A DNA stretch of 63,324 nt, filler included, from Basidiobolus ranarum (taxonomy: Eukaryota): the NCBI GenBank assembly GCA_040143965.1. It is 35 parts of 35 records of this genome, joined end to end, with 100 filler letters (N's around TTAATTAATTAA, not from the genome) between each part and the next. Parts side by side here need not be neighbours in the genome. Positions count along the whole stretch, not along the records: positions 10,916 to 12,633 come from JASJQH010004488.1; positions 12,734 to 14,449 come from JASJQH010004489.1; positions 14,550 to 16,265 come from JASJQH010004490.1; positions 16,366 to 18,080 come from JASJQH010004491.1; positions 18,181 to 19,895 come from JASJQH010004492.1; positions 19,996 to 21,709 come from JASJQH010004493.1; positions 21,810 to 23,523 come from JASJQH010004494.1; positions 23,624 to 25,337 come from JASJQH010004495.1; 27 more parts are not named here. The stretch is one strand, 5' to 3'. The stretch's first letter is position 1, and each line of letters begins with the position of its first letter. The translations under genes and the position numbers were made by a program. The notes beneath the pieces are model-generated. The model searched no databases, was not told where the DNA came from, and saw nothing but the letters and a program-made list of their open reading frames with translations. Of the stretch, positions 12,281 through 24,029 are shown in pieces.

Positions 12281-12633
12281 TGTAATGAGGTAGCATTGCT
12301 ATACACTGGCAGGTTGACTTATTTCCACTCCAAGCTCATATGATTACTATTGCACAATTTCTATTTTATTAACCATATTTGACTTACCCATATTTTCTAG
12401 CCAATCAAGTTATACCATCAGTATAATCTCCTATTATTTCAGATTTATCAGTATTAACCCACATTAGCCCTATTATATCCTGGAAAATTTTACAATCTTC
12501 AGGAATATTTGATGATTGATTGAGTTTTGACCAATCAAAACTTGATTTTGCTGGAACATTCATGACTTTCAGAATTTTTCTACAATCTTCCAGAACATTC
12601 CATGGATTGCTAATCTTATTATTTATGATGATA
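12281..12633 (+). repeat. LTR-E (gypsy-associated) 5' part
   Basis: TGTAATGAGGTAGCATTGC; homologous to the sequence from 28153. Confidence 0.8.
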
Positions 12634-12733
12634 NNNNNNNNNNNNNNNNNNNNNNNNNNNNNNNNNNNNNNNNNNNNTTAATTAATTAANNNNNNNNNNN
12701 NNNNNNNNNNNNNNNNNNNNNNNNNNNNNNNNN

Positions 12734-14449
12734 GTTTTTGCCTTTGTAGACCCATTTGCAACCTATTGGCTTTCTCCCCAATGGAAGAGGACTTAAAACC
12801 CACATGTTATTGTCCTTAAGTGAAGAAAACTGACCTGACATTGCTTTTTCCCATAATTTTGAATATGGACACTCCAAAGCTTGATCTAGAGTCTGTGGCT
12901 TGTCACAGAATGCTGCATGAAAATATACATCAACATTGGCAGTGTTCCACCAGTTTCCTGGCTTATTTCTCATTCTGGATGATCTTCTGGGTCCTGAATC
13001 ATCCTTCAACATAGTTGGGACTGAAATTTTGGTTGAATAGAGCTCAGATACAGCTGGAATCTTGTCAGACACTTCCTGAATAGTGCTAATAGTTTTTCTG
13101 GATCAACAACTGTGATTAGAGGTGAAAAACTTGCTTTTTCATCAAAAATCACATCTCTGAACTTAATTAACTTCTGATTTTTGGTATGAAACAATCTGTA
13201 GGCTTTGGATCCATCACAGTAACCACAAAATATGCATTATGTGATTTTGGGTTTCAATTTTTAGCCTTTTTGAGCTGGAATTAGGCAATATGCTGTGCAA
13301 CCAAAGATCCTGAGAGGATCCACACTAGGTTTTGATCCATATAGAGCTTCAAATGGAGTAGAATTTTGTAGCAATCATGTTGGACATCTTTTGTAGATAT
13401 AGACTGCAGTGTAGACAGATTCAGCCCAATATTGGTAATCTAACTTTTGATCTTGTAACATTGATCTTGCCATCTCCACTATGGTCCTATTAGCACGTTC
13501 TGCAACTCCATTTTGCTGTTAAGTATAATGTACAGTAGTTTGTGCTCTATTCCATGTTTAGAGCAAAAACTAGTTAATTCTATAAAGCAGTATTCTCCAT
13601 CATCATCACTCCTGAGTATCCTTATTTTTTGTGCTGATTCTTTCTCTACCATTGATTTGTAGTGCTTGAATATAGCTAAGGCTTCAGATATTGAAATGAG
13701 AATGAATACCCAAGTATATCTTGTTTTGTCATCAATAAAGGTCATAAAGTATCTTTTCCCATCCAGTGAGATGTTTTTCATGGGCCCACATAGGTCAGAA
13801 TGAATTGGGGTAAAATTCTGAGTGGATTTGATCTCTCCAGAGCTTGAAAAGGGCTGTCTGTGATGTTTTCCATATATGCAACCTTCTCACAGATCCAGTT
13901 TAGTGATATTTCCAATTTGCAAGCCTGAAACAAGCTGATTTTGGACCATTTGGGTCAGTTTTTGTTCCCCAATATGGCCTAATCTTCTATGCCACGTTTC
14001 ACAACTCATTTGACTAGTTTTGGCCAGGTTTTCATGCTCAGAATGCTATTTGTTGATTTCCAGCTTCTATAAGTTTTCAGTTTTGATCCCAGTAGCTAAT
14101 TTGGTATTATTCTGATCTGTGATAGTGCATCCAGCATTACTGAACATGAAATTCTACCCTTGCATTGTTGCTTGGCTTACTAAGTGTAGATTCTTGGCTA
14201 TATTTGGTACATAGGGTACATCATCTAATTTTGCAGATGGTGTAGCTGAATTTCGGTCTAAATTGAGTACAACTGTGCCCTTACCAACTGCTGCTTGTGC
14301 AAAGTCATCACCTAAGTAGACTTTCCTTGTTTGGATTGGTTTTGAGCTGGAAAACCAATCTTTCCTGTTTGACATATGTTGTGAATCTCCTGAATCAAAG
14401 TACCACATTTCTGAGTCTTCTTCAGTGGTTACTGATAGGGCAGACACAA
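12734..14449 (-). pseudogene. Copia pol: protease, GAG-pre-integrase, integrase and start of RT
   Basis: WYFDSG, WHRRLGH, HSDLCGP, YFMTFIDDKTRYTWV, LRSDDDGEY, PLGRKPIGCKWVYK in copia domain order. Confidence 0.95.
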
Positions 14450-14894
14450 NNNNNNNNNNNNNNNNNNNNNNNNNNNNNNNNNNNNNNNNNNNNTTAATTA
14501 ATTAANNNNNNNNNNNNNNNNNNNNNNNNNNNNNNNNNNNNNNNNNNNNCAAGATGTATATGTTGCTGATGAAGCTTTGAAATTTTGGGTAGTGAGAACT
14601 GCTTCCTGGATAAATACTCCGGAATATCCTAGAGTTAGTTTAGGGGTATGCAGAATAGTAGATGCTAGGACTTAGATGAAGCTCTATAACTTATTCATAT
14701 CCTGAGGAAACCAACTTATACTTATAGTACAACTTGAGTCTATTGAATTGAAGATTTGTACTTATGTTACCAGAGTTGAAGACTTTAGCATAATATACTA
14801 ACAACAGTATCATATTAATTTATTTATGTAAACATACAGAGCATCTAATGACAGCCTTTATATTCCAGCAAAATCAGCAATATTATAAAGCATA

Positions 14895-15076
14895 GGAGTT
14901 GTGCCATAGTGCCAGAATTTATAGGACCTTTGCTCAATATATCGGAGTAATTCTGAATGAAATAGAGCAGGCTAGAGGGTGTTGGATTGTGCAAAATTGT
15001 GCAGCATAAATTTTAGAATAAGTTGTCTGACATGTTATACACAGTAAAATCTGGCACTATCATAGGGAACAAGTCC
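14895..15076 (+). mobile_element. MITE family 1 (182 bp)
   Basis: GGAGTTGTGCC...GGAACAAGTCC ends; same length as and homologous to 34035-34216; flanks ATA/ATT. Confidence 0.75.
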
Positions 15077-15916
15077 ATTCCATTCCTCACAGGGCAAATT
15101 TCATTTGATCTTGGAATAAGTAAGGGTATCTATGATCTTATTTTATAACTATTCTAATTGTCTTTATTGTGAATATAAGAAAAACATATACAAGTAAAAA
15201 AAGCAATAGATAGGGAATATGGCTAGTGTTTCCAACTTTTCATGCACCCACTGATTTTCTTACTTGCAACTTATTGATTAACCCTTAGCCACATTTTGAT
15301 TGAACTGTACCCTTTTGGCCAGGCCTTTCCAAACATTAGCTGGCATGCTAATATTATGACTCAACCCAGCTAGGAGAACTCTAATACAGTTTTAGCCTCC
15401 TGGACAGGTTGCCAAACCCCAGGAGTCAAAGTAGAATCGATCTCACTAGCCATCCCTATCATTATATGAAGATATCAATAATATATAGAGTCAAATTTTG
15501 ATCTTTGGTCAACTTATGGCTCCATAACTATAAATTAAGATTAACAATTTTGAAATATTTATTATCAACATGATAATCGATTTTATTGATGATTAATTTA
15601 TTAAATCTTGATCCAATAGTCATTTCCTTGCCAATCACAATTTTGTTACTACTTGTCTTGTATCATCCATTAGACTATTAGTCACATCCATCAAATATGT
15701 TAGATTTTATTACTTGGGCCACACTTGTTACCATCTAGGCTTCTGATCTAAAAGTGGGGCCTAATGGTTAGACAGCTTGTGTGCACTATGTGTTCTTTGG
15801 CATAGAAACACTTTCAGTTCAGGAGGCACCTAAAGAAGGTAGGGACTGCTCTGGTGATTTAATGAAGATGTGGCGTAGTGTTATGGATTAAAGCCATTTT
15901 GGTAAGTGTGCACTTA

Positions 15917-16265
15917 CCCTAACAAAAATAAAATTGATTTGATCCGGATTGGATCCACCCTCCGAAATAGCAAAACTGTCAGAGAACCATCACAATATTG
16001 CTGGCTTGCATTCTGCCAGGGATTTTGATGGTGTGATGGCGGTTTCTTGATGGTATCTTGACGGTATTCATACATGTTAAAATATTGATCCTCAAATTTG
16101 GCATGCGTTATTCAATCACCAGCAATTTTTGCAAAAATATAATTTTTGAATGGCAAATTACTGGGTTTACTGCTGTAGGAATTCAAATTAATATGTATGC
16201 CTTTATTTAGATATTTTAGGCTTTGTATTCCAGCCATAATGAGAATCAAAAAATACAAGAATCTT
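15917..16265 (-). mobile_element. CMC element terminus B (transposase 3' side)
   Basis: Begins CCCTAACAAAAATAAAATTGATTTG; reverse complement of 47520-47862. Confidence 0.85.
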
Positions 16266-16365
16266 NNNNNNNNNNNNNNNNNNNNNNNNNNNNNNNNNNN
16301 NNNNNNNNNTTAATTAATTAANNNNNNNNNNNNNNNNNNNNNNNNNNNNNNNNNNNNNNNNNNNN

Positions 16366-16642
16366 AAATTATTTAGGGAGAAATATTGGTCTGGCCAGGA
16401 TTTGAACCTGGGACCTCCTTCACTCTAGCAAGGTGCTCTAACCACTGAGCTACCAGTCCTTGTATGCTATGCCTATGTAGCTAGGGAACCTTAACCTAGT
16501 CTGTCAATATGTGGTACTTTGGCATTTCAGCTATACAAGCAACTGATTGGCCTTAGACTTTGTGTTCAGATGCAGTCACCATATCCTATATTTTCCTCTT
16601 TGGGAATTACTGCTTGTACCACAAGTCACCAGACTTTCAACA
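16366..16642 (-). mobile_element. Short LTR-like element carrying a tRNA-like cassette (copy 1; 5' end present, 3' end clipped by the contig edge)
   Basis: Starts TGTTGAAAG at 16642, exactly where CMC homology begins (16643); shares ~115 bp with 56204-56323. Confidence 0.75.
16387..16459 (-). tRNA. tRNA-like sequence (pseudo-tRNA; nominal anticodon AGA but short variable arm)
   Basis: GGACTGGTAGCTCAGTGGTTAGAGC...GGTTCAAATCCTGGCCAGACCA, 73 nt. A box TAGCTCAGTGG and B box GGTTCAAATCC intact; mismatches A3:A70 and G31:G39. Confidence 0.85.
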
Positions 16643-17579
16643 AATATGTCATATTTGAAATTCCAAATTTCTTTGATATAAGCTCTTAAATATATTTATA
16701 GAGTTCTTCATACCCCAGGTACAGCTCATATACAACAAAAGTTGGTATCAATATCTCCAGCAAAGTCCACCATTGTGTAAATGTTGCAGAATCAACATTT
16801 ATCCAGCTAACTGGTGGATACCCTGTGATATTGTGCTACTCTGTATTAAGTTCTTCACAGATATCTGCATGGTCAACACCAGACTGAATGTTAAGTTTAA
16901 TGTTCTTCTTCTGTAGCCACTTTCTACTTACTTTCACTACATCTTTCCCTTCTTACTTTTGAAAATACTTTTAAAATTATTACACTACTTTTATTCACCC
17001 CTATAGTGCAATACTGCTCAGGGTGCTTTGTTGTTTTTGGGTAGCTTGTTGCTTGCCTTTAAGTTTGGGACTACTTTCAACACTTTGAAATGTACCAGTT
17101 GAGATTGGAGAGCCATGTATTTATTTGCTGTGGTTGTAAACTGTCAAGAGGTGCAAGGTGATAGAGAAATTTCTACCTTTGGTACTTGTTGAGTGAGAGT
17201 ACTTGGTTGATATGGTAAAATGCCTGCCAAAGTGGTTATTCTATTCTTAGACTGTTCATCAATCAAGTCCTCTGTTGTTGTTGGTTTTTTTCTTTGCTGC
17301 CAGCAGACATCTGCTTGGAAGCCTATTTTGGCTTAGATTCTGAATATACTTGTGATGGCATTCCAATATTTGAATGTCATACTTGATGAATTGAAATAAC
17401 TGATAAACAACTCATCATAAGCTAAAATTGCTACCATTTCCAGGAATATCTTGTCAGTCCCCTGATGACCCATCTGTGATACCATCACAGGATCAGCAGA
17501 AAATATTGACAGGATATAGCTAAAATACCACCCTTACATAGCAGTTGTTCTTTTTTCTACAATATCCCTTGCATACTAC
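16643..17579 (-). mobile_element. Older, internally deleted CMC ORF2 copy plus spacer
   Basis: Diverged homology to the ORF2 C-terminus and N-terminus, joined near 17230. Confidence 0.75.
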
Positions 17580-18080
17580 TATAGTGGAGTAGCTTAGCTA
17601 CCCACTGGCTGGTCAACTCAATTCCATTACTAGCTCATATCATTACTTTTCCCAAACTTCTATTGTATTATCCATATTTGACTTACATAGACTTTCTAGC
17701 CAATCATTACTTGCCATTAGGACTATCTTCAATTGTTAGAGATTCATCAGTATTAACTCATATTAGCTCTGTTATATTCTCAAAGTTTCTTCAATCTTCC
17801 AGAACATTCCAAGGATTACAAATCTTGTGATTTAGGAGGATATTGTATCCCCAGACTCCAACTAATAAGGTTCTCTAGGTTTTTCTGGCAAATCTCATTA
17901 GTAAATATTTTTACATTTGGAAAAGTCTGATCCATACTTTTCAAAAAAAAATAATCCTGGTTTTTGGCTTATAATTACTACTTGTGATGTCCTACCTCAA
18001 CAGAGACTGCTGTTGCCTCTTCCTCACCAGCTTCCAATATCCCAAACACTCTTGCTGGAAGGACCTTAAGCAGAATCATG
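17580..18080 (+). repeat. LTR-E-related LTR
   Basis: TATAGTGGAGTAGC...CCCACTGGC; homologous to 28153-28680. Confidence 0.75.
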
Positions 18081-18229
18081 NNNNNNNNNNNNNNNNNNNN
18101 NNNNNNNNNNNNNNNNNNNNNNNNTTAATTAATTAANNNNNNNNNNNNNNNNNNNNNNNNNNNNNNNNNNNNNNNNNNNNTTCACAAAGTACTCACGTTC
18201 TATAATAACTTGATTGTATTCTGCTTTAG

Positions 18230-19895
18230 GGTGAAGAGGGCTGGTTTACCAAGAAATGTCGCAAAGTCAATCACACTTCATCTCCTTACACTTCGCTTGT
18301 ACCTACCTTTATTCCTGCTTTTCTTAAATCCCCTGATGGTTTGTTATTCACATTAGTTCTATGATTCTCTCATTATCTTGCTAACCTTTGGGCTGAATAG
18401 ATCCGATCGTATACATCACTATGGATGAAACCAAAAAGACTCTGTATGCTTTGACTAAACGGTCCAACATAGAGGTATTTGATCACGGCCATTAATGCTC
18501 ACCTTTCACTCTCTAATCTCAAACACTTGTTTGTCAGATCATCTTTCTAGGACAGGATGGAGATCAATTCGAGAGAGTAGCTAAAGTTACCAATATCTGC
18601 CAATATGCTTCTCAATTATGCTCCACTTCCCCATTGCTGGATTATAGAACCTTCCAAATAGTTTCCTTACATCCCATCTATCCTTCAGAGTCAAAGTTGA
18701 TTAATCTTGTTGCCATCACCTCTACTGGTAAGTATACTGACTGCAATCCTAATGCTGACTTGGACTTGTTCATTGACAATATATGTTCTACCGTATCTAG
18801 GATGTCGACTTTACTTTACTCATCATAAGCGCGATTTCCGTGGAGTTGGCGCTGTTTTACGCCACGATATCAAGGCACCTACTGGCCTGGAACTTCTACA
18901 CGTAAGACTTCCTCCCAGTTTGGAGACTACTCCCAAAACTATAGGCGAATTCAACCGAAGCCTTGGGGCTTCCAACATCCATGTTACCTCTTATTCTAGT
19001 GGTGTTCTTTTAGCTGCCAATTCAGTTAGTGATGAGATGGACTCACTCATGGGTATGGCACCCGATTCCGGAAAAATCAGTCAAGCAGGAATTCAAAATC
19101 AGCGTGGTCCCTTGGTCGAGTTCCATGGTTCCAATACCATCGAAGGCAAGACTTGGGCTATTACTGAAATAGATAATCCATTCGAACAAGTTGGAAATGA
19201 TGATGAACGAGTCCTTAATGAGTTAGCTACGCAGCTAGCTTATCCACCAAGACGTTTCCTTGTCTTAACCAATTCTGGTATCAATATGTTTGTTAAGCAG
19301 CGCCCTATCGACATCTTAAATCAGCTTTTGACTAGCCCTTCTACACAAGAAACCGATATATTGTCTTTCATTGAAAACTATGGCAGAGCACAAGTTTGTG
19401 CTATGTGTTTGGCTATTATTTGTGGACACCCCTCAGTAAACAGCTCTGGTTTAGATAGCCTGATGAGTTCTCAGATTGGCAAGAATCAGAGTAGCATTTC
19501 GAGCGCACAGAAAGTTTTCTTTGAATATGGTGGAAAGCCAATTCTAGTTGATTATCAATCAAACATTATTTCCAGCAATGATGTAGGCAGACCCTTGTTC
19601 ACCCCCGAGCCTATATACAGTGGCCGTCACGATGGCTTGGCTCTATTTTTGGCTCGCCTAGTCAATCCCATCTGGAAAAAGCCTTTCATCATCAAAGTCG
19701 GGAATGAGTATGATACTGCAGTCTCTATTTCAGTATTGTCCTCGATTCAGCAGAACCTTGCTTCTCTTAGAGAATTCTTAGAAGCAAATCCCCATTTCAC
19801 CTCCAGACCAGATTCATCACAGTTCATGTTTTCAGATCTACAGACTGGACGTAGAGAGGCTGAAGCATGGCAAATGGAGCAACAGTCTTTATACA
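18230..19895 (+). CDS. NUP170: Nucleoporin Nup170/Nup157/Nup155, internal fragment; exons 18230-18338, 18401-18474, 18538-18727, 18801->19895
   Basis: EGWFTKKCRKVNH, LVAITSTGCRLYF, LHVRLPP, NELATQ...PPRRFLVLTNSG, RPIDIL, YGRAQVCAMCL, YSGRHDGLALFLARLVNPIW. Three GT-AG introns of 62-73 nt preserve the frame. Confidence 0.93.
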
Positions 19896-19995
19896 NNNNN
19901 NNNNNNNNNNNNNNNNNNNNNNNNNNNNNNNNNNNNNNNTTAATTAATTAANNNNNNNNNNNNNNNNNNNNNNNNNNNNNNNNNNNNNNNNNNNN

Positions 19996-20638
19996 CTATG
20001 CAATTGGTGGTTATATCAGATATCAAGAAAGCCGATACACCTCGTTAGAGCTTGAAAACCAAAGATTGAGGGACGAGCTAGAAATCATACAGTATGAAGT
20101 GGCTTCTACACGGGAAGAGATGGAGATGTCAAAAGTAGATCAGTCATATAATGTTCCGGAGGCATTTAATGAACAGTATCCGCCGTTATCTCATCCTTCT
20201 TTCTATCAAATTGAATCATATATACAGCAGCTGGAAGAGCAAATAATCCCTACACAGGACCATATATTAATGGACAATGAAAAAATTCGAGACGAGCTGG
20301 GCACACTTAGTGGCAGTCTAGCTTCTTTGGAGCTGAAGCAGAACTACAGCTTCATGACTGAAAGCTTGAAAACAAAAGAGGAGATACAAAGCCTTCGGAG
20401 TATGTATCAAAGCTTGGCGCGGCAATTGCAATTCTTATTAGCCGAGAAAAGCAACAGAATCACCAACCCTAGAGCAGGGTTTTCCACTCGAACTAGGCCT
20501 AATCCTGGATCTAGTACCAGTAATGGAGAAGGGCATTCTCGAGCATTTAAAGGTTCTCCTGTTTTTGGTTAACATACTTTAGTTGATATATACTGACCAG
20601 TTTTTGTTTTAGACATGGCAGAGAAAACCAAACTTTGA
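19996..20638 (+). CDS. C-terminal part of a coiled-coil host protein; probable intron 20553-20612 giving the end ...FKDMAEKTKL*
   Basis: Open E/L/Q-rich heptad-like frame; CpG retained; TACTGAC branch site and TTTTAG acceptor. Confidence 0.65.
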
Positions 20639-21120
20639 TGTGAAATCTGCGTAGTAACCTCAACTCTCACTTATACTTTGCATGAATGATTCCGTTCATG
20701 ATTTATACTCACTTGATGTATGAATTCTGAGTGGTTCAACTCTAAACTATGGACATAACCGCATTCCCTCATTCTCTACCATTGTAATCTTATCCAAGTA
20801 AATTTATGACAAACCATTGATATTGTCTTGTGAGCTACATGCTAATATCTGCCTCAGTTGAATGTAATGATGTTTGATTATGCACTTTGCCCATCACTTA
20901 AGTAAATACTATCTCATCATATCTTTATCATAATGTATTTCCTTAACATCTGCTACACCTATATCCACCCATTGGTATGAAGCCTACAAATAAAATTACA
21001 TCAAGTCAACTTGCGTTTGATTTAGATGAGGTTGATTTAGCAAACTGTTGGACAATTCACTTACATCCCAAATACGTATTTCAATTTGGAACTTGAGCAT
21101 ACTTGGCGAAATATCATTGG

Positions 21121-21709
21121 TGTTGGATCTGGACATAATGGGCTAGATTTTGTATATTAGAGGCAACTTATTGAAATATGAGACTACTAAATACCAAGCT
21201 ATATATGACTATATAGGTGTTTAGGCTATATTTATTTCAACAATAAGATATTGCCTACTATTCTCAATTGGAACTTACTTAGAAGTTCTCAGATATATAG
21301 ATTTTTCAAACTTGTGCTAGAAGACCCAATCTTTGCACACCTGCTCCTGGGACCTTCCTTAACATATTCTACATGTGTGCAAAGCCTGGAAAGGAAAGTG
21401 TTAAAGTATCTTGGGGCCTTACTGGAAGTGATTAGAGAACTAGAGACATTGGTGGTTTTTGCTTACTGATTCATTGGGTTGAAAGTTGCAAGTTGATGTT
21501 TACAGCCTTGTCAAGATGTAAGCAAACAAACATGTATGATGTGTTAAAGACTGTCCCATCACCAACTAATGTGTAGATTGTGTTAAGGAAGGTTCCAGGT
21601 GTTGAAATTAGCATTGCCTAAACACCTATATAGTCATATATAGCTTAGTACTTAGTTATCTTATAATTCACTAAGATATTATCAATTATTCTCAATTGGA
21701 ATTTACTTA
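21121..21709. repeat. LTR pile-up: LTR-G start, then four LTR-A pieces in alternating orientation
   Basis: TGTTGGATC at 21121; ...TTTCAACA at 21242; TGTTAAAG near 21398; TGTTGAAATTAGC at 21600. Confidence 0.8.
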
Positions 21710-21908
21710 NNNNNNNNNNNNNNNNNNNNNNNNNNNNNNNNNNNNNNNNNNNNTTAATTAATTAANNNNNNNNNNNNNNNNNNNNNNNNNNNNNNNNNNN
21801 NNNNNNNNNTCTTGAATTTCCATTCATGGAAATCTTCCCCATTGAATGTTTGAATATTAGTAATCTCCTTTTGGGAAGAAGACTCTAATGCACTTGCTAC
21901 TACCATGA

Positions 21909-22222
21909 TGGAGGATCTTGACATAATGGGGGTAGACTTGGAGTATTAGAAGCAACTTATGATAGTGTGTTTTATTTACTTTATTCTTAAGAGTATATGG
22001 TGACTTATATAGTAGAAAAGTAAATCAATTGTTTGAGATATTCAGGAGTTTGTGTAATAAGATATGATAGATAAGTGGGGGTAATAAAACATACTTATTA
22101 TATGGATATAGTGATATTCCCATTTAGAATATAGGAGCTATAGATACATTGCTTTCTGTTTCTGATATATCTATCATAACTAAAGTTAACTATGATGTTG
22201 AATAAAGATTAATTATCCAACA
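21909..22222 (+). repeat. Probable solo LTR (family G)
   Basis: Start homologous to 21121; ends TATCCAACA, the inverted repeat of TGTTGGAT. Confidence 0.55.
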
Positions 22223-22602
22223 CTTTCATATCACTAAATCAACAAGTGATAACCACTTATTTCTCTAATTCTCTAAGCCACTTCCAACAGGATCCCAAAT
22301 ACTATAACAGTTTATGAGCACCAAGCTTGCACTCTCTGTAATGGCTAATTGTCAACTTTCAGGAACTTCTCCCTTTTCTTAAAAATTGAATAAAACCAAT
22401 TATCAAGTTTAGAAAGTTAAAATGAAGATACTACTGCTAGAAAGAGAACTTGGGGACACTCTTGTTGGGGATCAAAACAATGAAAAGCTAGCTGAAACCA
22501 AAGTTACATCTCAGGTTAAACAAGAAAAAGGTGCCTGTTGTTAAAGAATTTGGGAGCCTGTTGGAAGTAGTTTTGTGAATTAGAGAAATTGGTGACTAAC
22601 AC
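22223..22602 (+). mobile_element. Copia-A LTR end, PBS (22310-22321) and gag start, interrupted by an inverted LTR-A end (~22538-22602)
   Basis: ...ACTATAACA GTTTATGAGCAC; gag homology to 23007 onward. Confidence 0.8.
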
Positions 22603-23523
22603 TGTTGAAATTAGCATTGCCTAAATTCCTTTATAGTAATATATAGCTTAGTCTTGGTTATTGTATATATAACTTAGTACTTAGCTATCTTATGATTCAC
22701 CAAGATATTATCCATTATTCCCAATTAGTAATGACTTAGAATATTTGTACCAACTTTGAAGTTCTCAGGTATATAGGTTTTTCAAACTTATGCTAGAAGC
22801 CCCAAGCTGTGCACACATGTTCCTGGGACCTTTTGTAACACCCTCTACCTGTTAGTTTGCTCACATCTTGATAAAACTATAAATGTCAGCTTTCTACACA
22901 ATAAATAAATAAGTGAAAACCACCAACTCCTCTAATTCTCTAAACCACTTCCAACAGGCTCCCAAGTACTTTAACACTAATGAGCCCTAAGCTTGAACTA
23001 TGTGTAATGTCTACTTCTCAAATCTATGGAACTTTTCCTTCTTCTGAAAAATTGGATGGAACCAATTATCAAGTTTGGAAAATTAAAATGAAAATGCTGC
23101 TGTAAGAAAAAGGACTTTGGGACACTGTTTTAGGAGAAGAAAACAATGCAAAACTATCTGAAACCAAAGTTTTACTCCAGGTTAAAAAAAGAACAAGTGT
23201 CTTTGACACAATTTGTCTTAATGTAAAGACAAATTGCTAATTCAATGTTCAAGAGCTAAAACTGCCAAGAAGGTATGGAAAGCCTTGAAAGATACCTACC
23301 AAACAAGTTCTGCTGCCAACAAGGTGTTTCTAAGAAGACAATTCTTTAACTTAAAGATGAAGCCAGGTGAAGACATTAAATCACTAATTAATAGAGTCAC
23401 AATTTTAGTGGATGAAAAGGAATGCATTGTAGTACCTGCCACTGATCAAGATATCATAGTTACAGTCCTGAATAGCCTGCCATACAAGTTTCAGAGCCTA
23501 GTAATGGCTCTAGAATCAAGAAC
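22603..23523 (+). mobile_element. Copia-A 5' LTR (22603-22976), PBS and gag
   Basis: TGTTGAAATTAGC...TACTTTAACA; CTAATGAGCCC; EKLDGTNYQVWKIKM; LNSLPYKFQSLVMALESR. Confidence 0.9.
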
Positions 23524-23623
23524 NNNNNNNNNNNNNNNNNNNNNNNNNNNNNNNNNNNNNNNNNNNNTTAATTAATTAANNNNNNNNNNNNNNNNNNNNN
23601 NNNNNNNNNNNNNNNNNNNNNNN

Positions 23624-24003
23624 GGGCTTTGATGGATATATTGACACAAACTTGTGTTGGGTATGAGCTAAACCTTGGTTATGAAGAACTCTATAAAAAT
23701 ATTCAAGAGAAAATATCAAAGAGACTAGGGATTTTGAAGGTGACAAATTAGCATTCAAGTGGTAATTGTGTAAGATTTGAGTTATGTTTTTTGCACACGT
23801 GTGGATCCATAGTTCTCTGAGATTTTAGCCAACCATTTGCTACTATCTTGCAAGATCTTGAAATTTCTCTCCTGAAACTGAAAAAATTGATTGAAATCAA
23901 ATCTAACTTGACAATTTTATGAGGGTAAGTAAATGGTCAATCCTAAATGGATTAAAATTGTGATGGTTTTCCTACAATAACAATCCTCAAATTTCTGTTA
24001 GGG
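23624..24003 (+). mobile_element. CMC element terminus A
   Basis: Ends AAATTTCTGTTAGGG. Confidence 0.9.
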
Positions 24004-24029
24004 TGTTTGAGAGAGATTGTTAAACTCTT

